From the NCBI GenBank assembly GCA_002269645.1, contig NIVC01000481.1, positions 1 through 64,000 on the forward strand: a DNA stretch of 64,000 bases, written 5' to 3'. The notes beneath the pieces were generated by a model. That model was not told the DNA's origin. It was given only the letters and a program-made list of their open reading frames with translations, and ran no database searches. The stretch comes from Macrostomum lignano. Its lineage: Eukaryota. Shown piece after piece: positions 25,035 to 36,810 of this stretch. Position 1 is the first letter of the stretch. Each line of letters opens with the position of its first letter. The translations under genes were made by a program, and so were the position numbers.

Positions 25035-28000
25035 CACAGACAGACACACAGACAGACACAGACAGACAGACAGACACACAGACACACAGACAGACACACA
25101 GACAGACACACAGACAGACAGACAGACAGACACACAGACACACAGACAGACACACTAACAGACACACAGACACACAGACAGACAGACAGCTGGCCTATTT
25201 AAAGTGCATCAGCAGTGCCAGCTGGATGCCAGCACAGGCGTCAGAGCAGGTCACAGAAGCGCCGCAGATTTCCCTATTCCTGTGTGCTGCGCGCGTGTGA
25301 CAAGATAATTAGTAAGAAAAAATATTGGCCAACAAATGGGCAAAATAATTGCTAGGAATTAGCTGTTTGCATTTGCATTTCGCCTCTTCATCAGTTGGGG
25401 GGCTGTAGTGGGTTGCCGAGTCAGCCTCGCTGCTGACGGTCCCGCATTGAACACTTCCGGGAGGCGGAGTTATATCCGGCTGCCGGTCCCCAGCTCCTGT
25501 TGTCTGACTAAAGCTACCAATTATCCCATTCGAATCCGATCCAGGCAGAATCTTCCCAATTCGAATTTTTCTAGTTAAGCATAGCAAGATTGATTGGGGA
25601 TTTTCGAAAGAGAGAATTCAGGGTGTCCCCCTGTGCATGCTTACAGCATCTGTTGATTGCATCTGGCGCCGAGGCGGTGCCAAGGAGACCCCGAACCAGA
25701 GCCTTGGAGTGACAACTTCTATCCAAAACCCGCTATAGTTTTTAAGACATTTTTTCAATTTGAAAAATTGTGTATTAAAACAACTTCTGTCAACACAACA
25801 TATCGGTCTGCCTATAAAATTGTCACAAAAAGTGAGCTGGGGCAATTCCAGACCCCTTGGTTCCGGACATCTTTGGCTGCGGTCATGCAAACTTTTGTGT
25901 TTGTCAAGGATTAATTGAGGATTTAGGGATGGGGACGCATTCAGCAGCCAGAAATCTGGTCTTGATCCTGCAGGAATGGAAGGGGCTCTGCCTCTTTACA
26001 AAATTTCAGTAGTGCAAAATGCAAATCTTCAATTTTTTAGGACAATTGACTTAAAGTTCAAACTCTTGATATGTTTAAATAAAGTAATCGATAAAATAAA
26101 GTACAAGATGTACTATAAAAGTTAAAGCATATGGTACATAGCATATGGAAGTTTAGACTAAACTGGCACACCTGCTGATGTCAGACTGTGACAATCCCGA
26201 TGTCAGACTGATATTCCAGGCCATTTTGTCGCTTCTATAAAAGAAACTGCCCACAATGATTTCAGGCCAGCATTCGCAGCAAAGGACAGCACAAAGTGGC
26301 CGACAACGCCAAATCGGAGGTGAATCGCGGAAAAAATCTAAGCGATCGAGTTTTGCCATGTATGTTAATTTTATGGTTCATCAATTTCTAAGAAAATTAA
26401 AACATCCTTTAATAAAAAGCTTACTGTTCGTTGATTGGCTGATAACGGGCGTGCTTATAAATCTATCACGAGTCATAGATATAAACGCGTAATTCTAAAA
26501 ATAGAAAGCTGACGTCATTAAATTATATATGCTTCTAAAAATAGAATCAGACGTCACTAATGTGAAGTTAATGATTTTTGTAAATTTTTAATGACTTTTC
26601 TTCTATTTTCAGATGAACGAAATATTGTCCTGCTGGACAATGGAAAGTACATTAATGCTAGTTGGGTAGATGTAGGTGACTCATCCTATTGATTTAATAA
26701 TAATTATCATTATGCAAGCATTAGTGTTTTTGACATGCAAAAAATCGTTTCCATCAAGGGCTACAATCAGCCAAAAAAGTTCATCGCAGCGCAGGGTCCG
26801 CTTTCTAACACGAAAGAAGACTTCTGGCACATGATTTGGCAATATAATTGCCATTGTATTGTCATGGCAACCAATCTGTTTGAGCATGCTAGGGTAAGCG
26901 AAACGGTGAAACTAAGAGCATATTTTATAAACTTGAGTTCGAACTAATCCATTATAAAATTCCTATATAACAGCAACAGTGCGACAAATATTGGCACAAC
27001 GTGCACGCGAAATTCGGAGATATTAGCGTCTGGCTTGACAATGTCTACTCTACTGCCGAGTACGAGACTCGAGTGTTCAGATTATGCAAGGTGAGTACAA
27101 GGCTGATGAAAACTTAAGACAAGTTTAAATAAGTCAATTTTTTTCTGGTTCAAAGAGTAGTAAATGGCGTCATTACTGTTTGTTTTGTATGCATAGAAAC
27201 TGACGTCATTTTAGTGCTGCTTTCTATAAATAGAATCTGACGTCAATTTAATGCTTCTTTCTATAAATAGAAACTGATGTCATTTTTGCTTGTTTCTATA
27301 AATGGAAACTGATACCATTAGTGCTCTATTTATAAATAGTAACTGACGTCATTTTAATGCTTCTTTATATAAATAGAAACTGACGTCACTTTCGTTTGTT
27401 TCTATAAATAGAAGCTTGCATAAATTCATTGCTTACTTTTAAAATAGAAAAGATTACAGTCCATTTGTTGTTAGTCTCTTACACTATAGAGACGAGTATC
27501 ACGTGATTTTATTGCCGAGGTTGGCCTGATCTTTTTCTACCTTTCCAGACCACCGAGCAGCAGAATCCGCGATATGTGCGCCAATATCAGTTCAAAAACT
27601 GGAGCCAGCACGATCCGCCACTGCCGGCGGCTGTCATAGAAATTCGTCGAAAAGTGCACGACTGGGTAGCTGGAAAAACGGAGCCAATTGTGGTGCACTG
27701 CAGGTGAGTCTTTTAAGTAAGGGCCGCTGTACAAACTATGTGAGCGTGTGTATGAGTGCTTGTCTGCGAATGTGCTCAGGAGCCAGCGAAATGGGCCGAA
27801 TTGCCGTCACTCTTGCAATCATTTTTAACACCGACCAGCGACGGCGCCGGCCGCACCGGCACTTACATCTGCATCGACGTCGAGCTCAGCAGAGTCGAAG
27901 CCGGCCGGCCCGTCGATATTCTGCGCCAGACGCTGGCGTTGCGTAAAGCTCGACCGGGATTGGTTGGCAACCTCTGCCAGTACCGGCTGGTGTACGAGAC

Positions 28001-31000
28001 CGTCTGCGCCTGCGTCACCTGCCGACAGACGAGCGTCAGGGTGTTCCAGTTTGTTCGCAGAGCTCGCAATCTAGCCAAACGGGAAACAACTGCCGCCTCC
28101 GCTAGCGGCGGAAAGTCGTCCACGACGACGACGGCGGGTCGCAGCGGATTCGAGGCCGAGTTCGACAGTCTGTCGGCGCTGGCGCGGCCGTTGAGCGTCG
28201 GCGACTGCGCCGGCGGGCATCGAGCGGAGAACCGGTGGAAGAGCCGCGACGTTATGGTGCAGCCGCGTGAGTGGAGGCTGGGGGGGCCTCTAGAGATAAT
28301 CCTACCATATTTATGGATAATCCCATCGAATATATGGATAATCCCATCGAATATATGGATAATCCTACCGAATCTATAGATAATCTTATTAAATCTATAG
28401 ATAATCCTACCGAATCTATAGATAATCTTATTAAATCTATAGATAATCCTACCGAATCTATGGATAATCCTATCGAATCTATAGATAATCCTTTCGAATC
28501 TATAGATAATCCTATCGAATCTATGGATAATCCTTTCGAATCTATAGATAATCCTACCGAATCTATAGATAATCCTACCGAATCTATAGATAATCTTATT
28601 AAATCTATACATAATCCTTTCGAATCTACAGATAATCCTATCGAATATACAGATAATCCTTTCGAATCTATAGATAATCCTTTCGAATCTATAGATAATC
28701 CTATCGAATATACAGATAATCCTTTCGAATCTATAGATAATCCTTTCGAATCTATACATAATCCTATCGAATCTATACATAATCCTACCGAATCTATAGA
28801 TAATCCTATCGAATCTATGGATAATCCTTTCGAATCTATAGATAATCCTATCGAATCTACAGATAATCCTTTCGAATCTATACATAATCCTATCGAATCT
28901 ATACATAATCCTACCGAATCTATAGATAATCCTACCGAATCTATACATAATCCTATCGAATCTATAGATAATCCTATCGAATATACAGATAATCCTTTCG
29001 AATCTATAGATAATCCTTTCGAATCTATACATAATCCTATCGAATCTATACATAATCCTACCGAATCTATAGATAATCCTACCGAATCTATAGATAATCC
29101 TACCGAATCTATAGATAATCCTACCGAATCTATAGATAATCTTATCGAATCTACAGACAATCCCATCGAATCTATAGATAATCCTATCGAATCTATAGAT
29201 AATCCCATCGAATCTATGGATAATCCCATCGAATCTATGGATAATCCTATCGAATCTACAGATAATCCTATCGAATCTATACATAATCCTACCGAATCTA
29301 TAGATAATCCTATCGAATCTATACATAATCCTACCGAATCTATAGATAATCCTTTCGAATCTATAGATAATCCTACCGAATCTATAGATAATCCTACCGA
29401 ATCTATAGATAATCTTATTAAATCTATAGATAATCCTTTCGAATCTATAGATAATCCTATCGAATCTACAGATAATCCTATCGAATCTACAGATAATCCT
29501 TTCGAATCTACAGATAATCCTTTCGAATCTACAGATAATCCTTTCGAATCTATAGATAATCCTTTCGAATCTATAGATAATCTTATCGAATCTACAGACA
29601 ATCCCATCGAATCTACAGATAATCCTATCGAATCTATACATAATCCTACCGAATCTATAGACAATCCTACCAGTAATCCTACAATCCAAAATCTTTGAAT
29701 TTGAATCTCATTTCTTAGGTGACATGCTTGCACATACTTTGACCAAATCAATGATTTTCATGCCGCAACTCAGCCGAGCGAGCCAGGCCCTACCTCATGA
29801 CTCAGGACTCTGGCACCGACTTTATCAATGCTGTTTACGTTGACGTACGTTTATTGACGTCTTTGTTTTATTAATAAATACTTGTTGTCCTTGTTGGCTT
29901 AATGGATACAGAATTTTTTCCATTCCTACAAATCAAACTGCAGGGTCATTGCCGGGCTAATCAGTACATTGTCACCCAGTGGCCTCTGAAAAACACTGTT
30001 GGCGACTTTTGGAAGCTGATTCGAGATCATCAAGTCAGGGTGGCTGTTGTGCTGTCTGAGTTCACTGGCAAGCTCGGAAAGGTGAGATTTGGGTGGGTGA
30101 GATTCGGGAAGGTGAGATTCGGGTGGGTGGAATTTGGGTGGGTGGGATTCGGGAAGGTGGGATTCGGGTGGGTGGGATTCGGGTGGGTGGGATTCGGGTG
30201 GGTGGGATTTGGGTGGGTGGGATTCGGGAAGGTGGGATTCGGGTGGGTGGGATTCGGTTGGGTGGGATTTGGTGGGTGGGATTCGGGAAGGTGGGATTCG
30301 GGTGGGTGGGATTCGGGAAGTTTAGATTGGAGAGGGTGAGATTCGGGAATGTGAGATTCGAGAGCGTGAGATTCGGGAAGGTGGGATTCGGGTGGATGAG
30401 ATTCAGGAAGATGAGATTCGGGAGGGTGAGATTCAGGAGGGTGAGATTCGGTAGGATGAGATTCGGGAGGGGGAGATTCGGGTTGGTGGGATTCGGGAAG
30501 GTGAGGTTGAGATGATTGAGATTGAGATTGAGTCAAGTGAGATTAAGATGGGTGAGTTTGACATAGGGGTGAGATTAGGATGGGGTGAGATTGAGATGGG
30601 TGGATTGAGATAGGTGAGATTGAGATGGGTGAGATTGAGATGGGTGAGATTAAGATGGGTGAGATTAAGATGGTGAGATTGAGATGGGTGGATTAAGATG
30701 GGTGAGATTGATATGGGTGAGATTGAGATGGGTGAGATTGAGATAGGTGAGATCAAGATGGGTGAGATTAAGATGGGTGAGATTGATATGGGTGAGATTG
30801 AGATGGGTGAGATTGATATGGGTGAGATTAAGATGGGTGAGATTAAGATGGGTGAGATTGAGATGGGTGAGATTGAGATGGGTGAGATTGAGATGGGTGA
30901 GATTGAGATGGGTGAGATTGAGATAGGTGAGATTAAGATGGGTGAGATCAAGATGGGTGAGATTGAGATGGGTGGATTGAGATAGGTGAGATTGAGATGG

Positions 31001-34000
31001 GTGAGATTGAGATGGGTGAGATTAAGATGGGTGAGATTAAGATGGTGAGATTGAGATGGGTGGAATAAGATGGGTGAGATTGATATGGGTGAGATTGAGA
31101 TGGGTGAGATTGAGATGGGTGAGATTGAGATGGGTGAGATTAAGATGGTGAGATTAAGATGGGTGAGATTGAGATAGGTGAGATTGAGATGGGTGAGATT
31201 GAGATAGGTGAGATTGAGATGGGTGAGAGTGAGATGGGTGAGATTGAGATGGGTGAGATTGAGATGGGTGAGATTGAGATAGGTGAGATTGAGATGGGTG
31301 AGATTGAGATAGGTGAGATTGAGATGGGTGAGATTGAGATGGGTGAGATTGAGATAGGTGAGATTGAGATGGGTGAGATTGAGATGGGTGAGATTGAGAT
31401 GGGTGAGATTGAGATGGGTGAGATTGAGATGGGTGAGATTGAGATAGGTGAGATTAAGATGGGTGAGATTAAGATGGGTGAGATTGAGATGGGTGGATTG
31501 AGATAGGTGAGATTGAGATGGGTGAGATTGAGATGGGTGAGATTAAGATGGGTGAGATTAAGATGGTGAGATTGAGATGGGTGGAATAAGATGGGTGAGA
31601 TTGATATGGGTGAGATTGAGATGGGTGAGATTGAGATGGGTGAGATTGAGATGGGTGAGATTAAGATGGTGAGATTAAGATGGGTGAGATTGAGATAGGT
31701 GAGATTGAGATGGGTGAGATTGAGATAGGTGAGATTGAGATGGGTGAGAGTGAGATGGGTGAGATTGAGATGGGTGAGATTGAGATGGGTGAGATTGAGA
31801 TAGGTGAGATTGAGATGGGTGAGATTGAGATAGGTGAGATTGAGATAGGTGAGATTGAGATGGGTGAGATTGAGATGGGTGAGATTGAGATAGGTGAGAT
31901 TGAGATGGGTGAGATTGAGATGGGTGAGATTGAGATGGGTGAGATTGAGATGGGTGAGATTGAGATGGGTGAGATTGAGATAGGTGAGATTAAGATGGGT
32001 GAGATTAAGATGGGTGAGATTGAGATGGGTGGATTGAGATAGGTGAGATTGAGATGGGTGAGATTGAGATGGGTGAGATTAAGATGGGTGAGATTAAGAT
32101 GGTGAGATTGAGATGGGTGGAATAAGATGGGTGAGATTGATATGGGTGAGATTGAGATGGGTGAGATTGAGATGGGTTAGATTGAGATGGGTGAGATTAA
32201 GATGGGTGAGATTGAGATAGGTGAGATTGAGATGGGTGAGATTGAGATAGGTGAGATTGAGATGGGTGAGAGTGAGATGGGTGAGATTGAGATGGGTGAG
32301 ATTGAGATGGGTGAGATTGAGATAGGTGAGATTGAGATGGGTGAGATTGAGATAGGTGAGATTGAGATGGGTGAGATTGAGATGGGTGAGATTGAGATAG
32401 GTGAGATTGAGATGGGTGAGATTGAGATGGGTGAGATTGAGATGGGTGAGATTGAGATGGGTGAGATTGAGATGGGTGAGATTGAGGTGAGGTTTCGTGA
32501 AAAATATACAGCCAAGAAAATCTAAAAATGGTGCGATTTACAGACAAAAATAGACAGAAATATCAGAATCTCCCATACTTGAACCCGAGCGTTAATCTGA
32601 AGGACCTCCACTCCGCAGAGCTACCCCAGCTTCTGGCCCTCGGTCAAAGGCCAACCAACTGCATTTGGCGCCGTGTCGGCCGTTCTGCAAGACGAATTCA
32701 ATTGGTCCAATTGCGTCAGGGTGCAGCTGTGCCACCTTATTACAGTGAGTGCAGTCCGTTAGTATGACCTATGACCTATCTGCAGTACTGTCTATGACCT
32801 ATCCACTGACTATGACCTATCCACTGTCTATGACCTATCCACTGTCTATGACCTATCCACTGTCTATGACCTATCCACTGTCTATGACCTATCCACTGTC
32901 TATGACCTATCCACTGTCTATGACCTATCCACTGTCTATGACCTATCCACTGTCTATGACCTATCCACTGACTATGACCTATCCACTGACTATGACCTAT
33001 CCACTGTCTATGACCTATCCACTGTCTATGACCTATCCACTGTCTATGACCTATCCACTGTCTATGACCTATCCACTGACTATGAGCTAGTTACTGTCTA
33101 TGACTTATCTACTGTCTATATGACTTATCTATTGTCTATATGACCTATCCATAGTCTATATGACCTACAGTATCTACTGTATTTATATGACCTATCTACT
33201 GTCTATTACCTATATTACTATATACTGTCTATGACCTATGTACTATCTATACTGCTTTACTGATATACTGCCTATGGCCTATTCACTGTCTATGATCTAG
33301 GCTCGAATCTTCTACGAGCGTATATGACCTCAAAGCAATTTACGATTAGAACCCGAGGCTTCAAAGATGTACTCAAAAGCATCTCTGTAATACTGCATGC
33401 TGTTGGTGTTTTCAAAAGTCGATATCCCCACATGGATAGTAACTCACCCTCACTTCACCTTGTCGGCAATAGTTTACAAACCCACTTTTTCAGCCCCTTC
33501 AGTTTAGAAACTAATCGATAATATTGACTGCTGCCAAAATGATAAATAGGAAAAATTTGAAACCCCCCGCTTTGAACTAGAAGCACAAGTAAAAGAAAGC
33601 TGCGCCTCCCAAATATACATGACAAGCAAATAACACTGCTGTATTCTGAAGCCCGCATAAGCTAGCGAGTGAGACTAGACATTCCTAGACAATTCAAAAT
33701 CAGGGTTGCACTTCTGACAGCAACCCTAGATAATTCAGATCTGGGTTGCACTTCTGACAGCAACCGTAGACAATTCAGATCTGAGTTGCACTTCTGACAG
33801 CAACCCTAGACAATTCAGATCTGGATTGCACTTCTGACAGCAACCCTAGACAATTCAGATCTGGATTGCACATCTGACAGCAACCCTAGACAATTCAGAT
33901 CTGGATTGCACTTCTGACAGCAACCCTAGACAATTCAGATCTGGATTGCACATCTGACAGCAACCCTAGATAATTCAGATCTCGGTTGCACTTCTGACAG

Positions 34001-36019
34001 CAACCCTAGATAATTCAGATCTGGGTTGCACTTCTGACAGCAACCCTAGACAATTCAGATCTGGGTTGCACTTCTGACAGCAACCCTAGACAATTCAGAT
34101 CTGGGTTGCACATGACAGCAACCCTAGACAATTCAGATCTGGGTTGCACATCTGACAGCAACCGTAGACAATTCAGATCTGGATTGCATATCTGACAGCA
34201 ACCCTAGACAATTCAGATCTGGGTTGCACATCTGACAGCAACCGTAGACAATTCAGATCTGGGTTGCACATGACAGCAACACTAGACAATTCAGATCTGG
34301 GTTGCATATCTGACAGCAACCCTAGACAATTCAGATCTGGGTTGCACATCTGACAGCAACCCTAGACAATTCAGATCTGGGTTGCACTTCTGACAGCAAC
34401 CGTAGACAATTCAGATCTGGGTTGCACATCTGACAGCAACCGTAGACAATTCAGATCTGGGTTGCACATCTGACAGCAACCCTAGACAATTCAGATCTGG
34501 GTTGCACTTCTGACAGCAACCCTAGACAATTCAGATCTGGGTTGCACATGACAGCAACACTAGACAATTCAGATCTGGGTTGCACTTCTGACAGCAACCC
34601 TAGACATTAAAGAGAATTACAGTTACACTTGTAATAAACTGTACTGAAAACCATCCACCGATAACAGACGACCTCATCAAGGGTGTCTACCGCAGCCGCC
34701 GCAACCGACATCGCGGAGAATCACCGTCAGGCGCGGCCGCTGCTGCTGCTGTACCTGAAGAGCTGCTGGCAGCGAGGCCACAGATCGCCATCAGCCAACC
34801 ACGGCTTACTGGAGATCGCCTGCATCGCCGAGCTGGCAAATTGTCGCCTGTCAAGCGTCAGCCCGATTCTGGTTGTCAGCGAGTAAGCCATGGCCTAATA
34901 TTGCTACTTATTATAGTAGAAAAGTAGACATTTTTTAATCGGTTTTTTGATAAACGCAATAAAGAACTCTCTGCAGTGTCTGAATGGAAAGACGCGCTGG
35001 GAGAAAATCTCGTACTCCAAATAGTTTTTTTAAAACTACCCTTTCACTACTTATTAGTAGCATAAGGACGTTGAGTTTTTTAGTACTTTTTTACAACGGA
35101 AAGCTCATTCCCATTTTTTAAGCAACGGAGTGTCTCGTTGCGGCGTCTTCTGCGTGCTGCACATGTCAATGGACAAGATGCGGTACGAAGGCGAGATTGA
35201 CATCTTCAGGGCTGTGGAGAAAGTGCGCAGAAACCGGCCGCAGTTGATTGACAGCTTGGTGAGCGCTTAGCAAAGCAAGATGCATTCTGTATGCAGGTAC
35301 TACAGGTGGAAGGGGGGCCGTAGCCCAGCGGTAGCGCAGCTACTCTGGTGTGCCAGCGACCCAGGCTCGATTCCAAGTGCAGTCACATTAATTTGGGGCT
35401 GAATTGGAATCTCGGCTTGGCTCTGCTCGCGCAATTAACGGCCTTGAGAGCCAACCCCCCCAAGGCGCAGTGAAGTGTACATGCCTAACGATAATATAAA
35501 GTTAGGGCCGCTGTACACTCCTGTGTGAGTGTGTGCCTGCGTACGTATCCGCGCTTGTATGCCTGCTCAGGGGAGTCGGCGGAATGGGCAGTAATGCCTC
35601 TCGCCGGTTGTGCCTATGTCGCTTAAAGTGCGCCAGGGTGCACACAACCCCCCTGCCTCTAATAATAATAAACTACAGGTGGAGAAGCGCGAATATGTTG
35701 CATTCTTAAATGGCGCCAAAATTGTCTCAGTGGCGCTAAAATGGACCCAGATGGCGCCAAGTATGTCTCCCTGGCGCTAAAAAGCCCCATGTGGCGCCAA
35801 AATAGTCTAAAAAACCGAAGCAAAGACTATAATGAGCAACTTAAAATCTGATTTGCATTTCAACACACATTGCAGATTGAGTACCAGTTGTGCTATTCAG
35901 TGATGCAATTGCTAGTCGAATATTTTTTCGCTGGCCGAGTTGAAATACTCGAAGACCAGACGATGCGTCTCGTGGATCTCAGCAACTTCCCCGTAACGGT
36001 TAATGGCAACAGCAAGTGA
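23950..36019 (+). CDS. Classical tandem-domain (D1+D2) protein tyrosine phosphatase, predicted pseudophosphatase, at least 650 aa, start exon not found. Exons 23950-24085, 26266-26359, 26613-26671, 26759-26893, 26974-27090, 27549-27703, 27839-28266, 29774-29844, 29944-30081, 32619-32744, 34668-34882, 35123-35258, 35876-36019
   Basis: All 12 introns are GT-AG with compatible phases. PTP motifs [61 protein letters not shown] and RRNRPQLI occur in order. Confidence 0.93.
24098..24472. repeat. (TATC)n/(TGTC)n microsatellite starting just after a PTP splice donor
   Basis: Direct observation. Confidence 0.97.
24925..25190. repeat. (CAGA)n/(CACA)n microsatellite
   Basis: Direct observation. Confidence 0.97.
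26490..27415. promoter_or_regulatory. Degenerate intronic repeat of about 36 bp, with units pairing a MEF2-type site and a CRE
   Basis: Perfect TGACGTCA at 26510, 27201, 27238, 27344 and 27381; YTA(A/T)4TAG at 26495, 26535, 27224, 27261, 27330 and 27402. Function is not shown. Confidence 0.4.
28295..29670. repeat. 21 bp minisatellite (GAATCTATAGATAATCCTATC)n, PTP intron
   Basis: About 65 units; accounts for the 608, 499 and 475 aa ORFs. Confidence 0.97.
30082..32490. repeat. 15 bp G-rich minisatellite grading from GGGTGGGTGGGATTC to ATGGGTGAGATTGAG, with a higher-order block of about 520 bp, filling a PTP intron
   Basis: Direct observation; the block recurs with starts near 31159, 31680 and 32190. 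Confidence 0.97.
32765..33300. repeat. 18 bp minisatellite (TATGACCTATCCACTGTC)n, decaying at its 3' end
   Basis: Direct observation. Confidence 0.93.
33690..34607. repeat. 40 bp minisatellite with an internal hairpin (TAGACAATTCAGATCTGGGTTGCACTTCTGACAGCAACCC)n
   Basis: About 23 units; GGGTTGC...GCAACCC inverted repeat in each. Confidence 0.95.
35311..35671 (+). mobile_element. Full-length tRNA-derived SINE, about 360 bp, in the last PTP intron
   Basis: A box TAGCCCAGCGG, B box GGCTCGATTCC, (AAT)n tail and a perfect 12 bp TSD ACTACAGGTGGA (35299-35310 and 35672-35683). Confidence 0.9.
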
Positions 36020-36159
36020 AGGACGGAATGGATGGACAGTCTTTAACAGAATATTGACTTATTGTTGTGATGCCACTTGCTATGGAAAATTATGTTTCAG
36101 CTTTGGCTCTCCCATTTTGTAAACAAATCTTTTACATGAAGCTTTTAGAAATCGTGCAG

Positions 36160-36810
36160 GTAAGAGGCGAGTCAAGGGGAAGGCAGACGAGGGTTAGGGT
36201 GAGGGAGAGACAGAGGGGAAGGCAGGGGAGAGGGAGAGACAGAGGGGAAGGCAGGGGAGAGTGTGAGACAGAGGGGGAAGGCAGGGGAGAGGGTGAGACA
36301 GAGGGGGAAGGCAGGGGAGAGGGTGAGACAGAGGGGGAAGGCAGGGTAGAGGGTGAGATAGAGGGGAAGGCGAAGAGGGCGAGACAGAGGGGAAGCCAGA
36401 GGAGAGGGTGAGACAGAGGGGAAGGCGGGGGAGAGGGTGAGACAGAGGGTGAAGGCAGGGGAGAGGGTGAAACACAGGGGGAAGGCAGGGGAGAGGGTGA
36501 GACAGACGGGGGAGGCAAGGGAGAGGGTGAGACAGAGGGTGAAGGCAGAGGAGAGGGTGAAACACGGGGAAGGCAGGGGAGAGGGTGAGACAGACGGGGG
36601 AGGCAAGGGAGAGGGTGAGACAGAGTGGAAGGCAGGGGAGAGGGTGAGACAGAGGGGGAGGCAGGGGAGAGGGTGAGACATAGAGGAAGGCAGGGGAGAG
36701 GGTGAGACACATAAAGGAAGGCAGGGAAGAGGGTGAGACAGAGGGGAAGGCAGGGGAAAGGGTGAGACAGAGGGGAGGCGAGGGAGAGGGTAAGACAGAG
36801 GGAAAGCAGA
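36160..36810. repeat. About 30 bp purine-rich minisatellite (GAGGGTGAGACAGAGGGGGAAGGCAGGGGA)n
   Basis: Direct observation, downstream of the PTP stop codon. Confidence 0.93.

Noticed and set aside
27863-29751. 608, 499 and 475 aa ORFs
   Set aside because: Translations of a 21 bp array with a 7 aa period, open in several frames on both strands; the region is a PTP intron.
33690-34607. CRISPR-like array (palindromic 40 bp repeats)
   Set aside because: No unique spacers, no cas genes, and the context is a eukaryotic intron.
35312-35385. tRNA gene (plus strand)
   Set aside because: Part of a TSD-flanked SINE; no proper cloverleaf.
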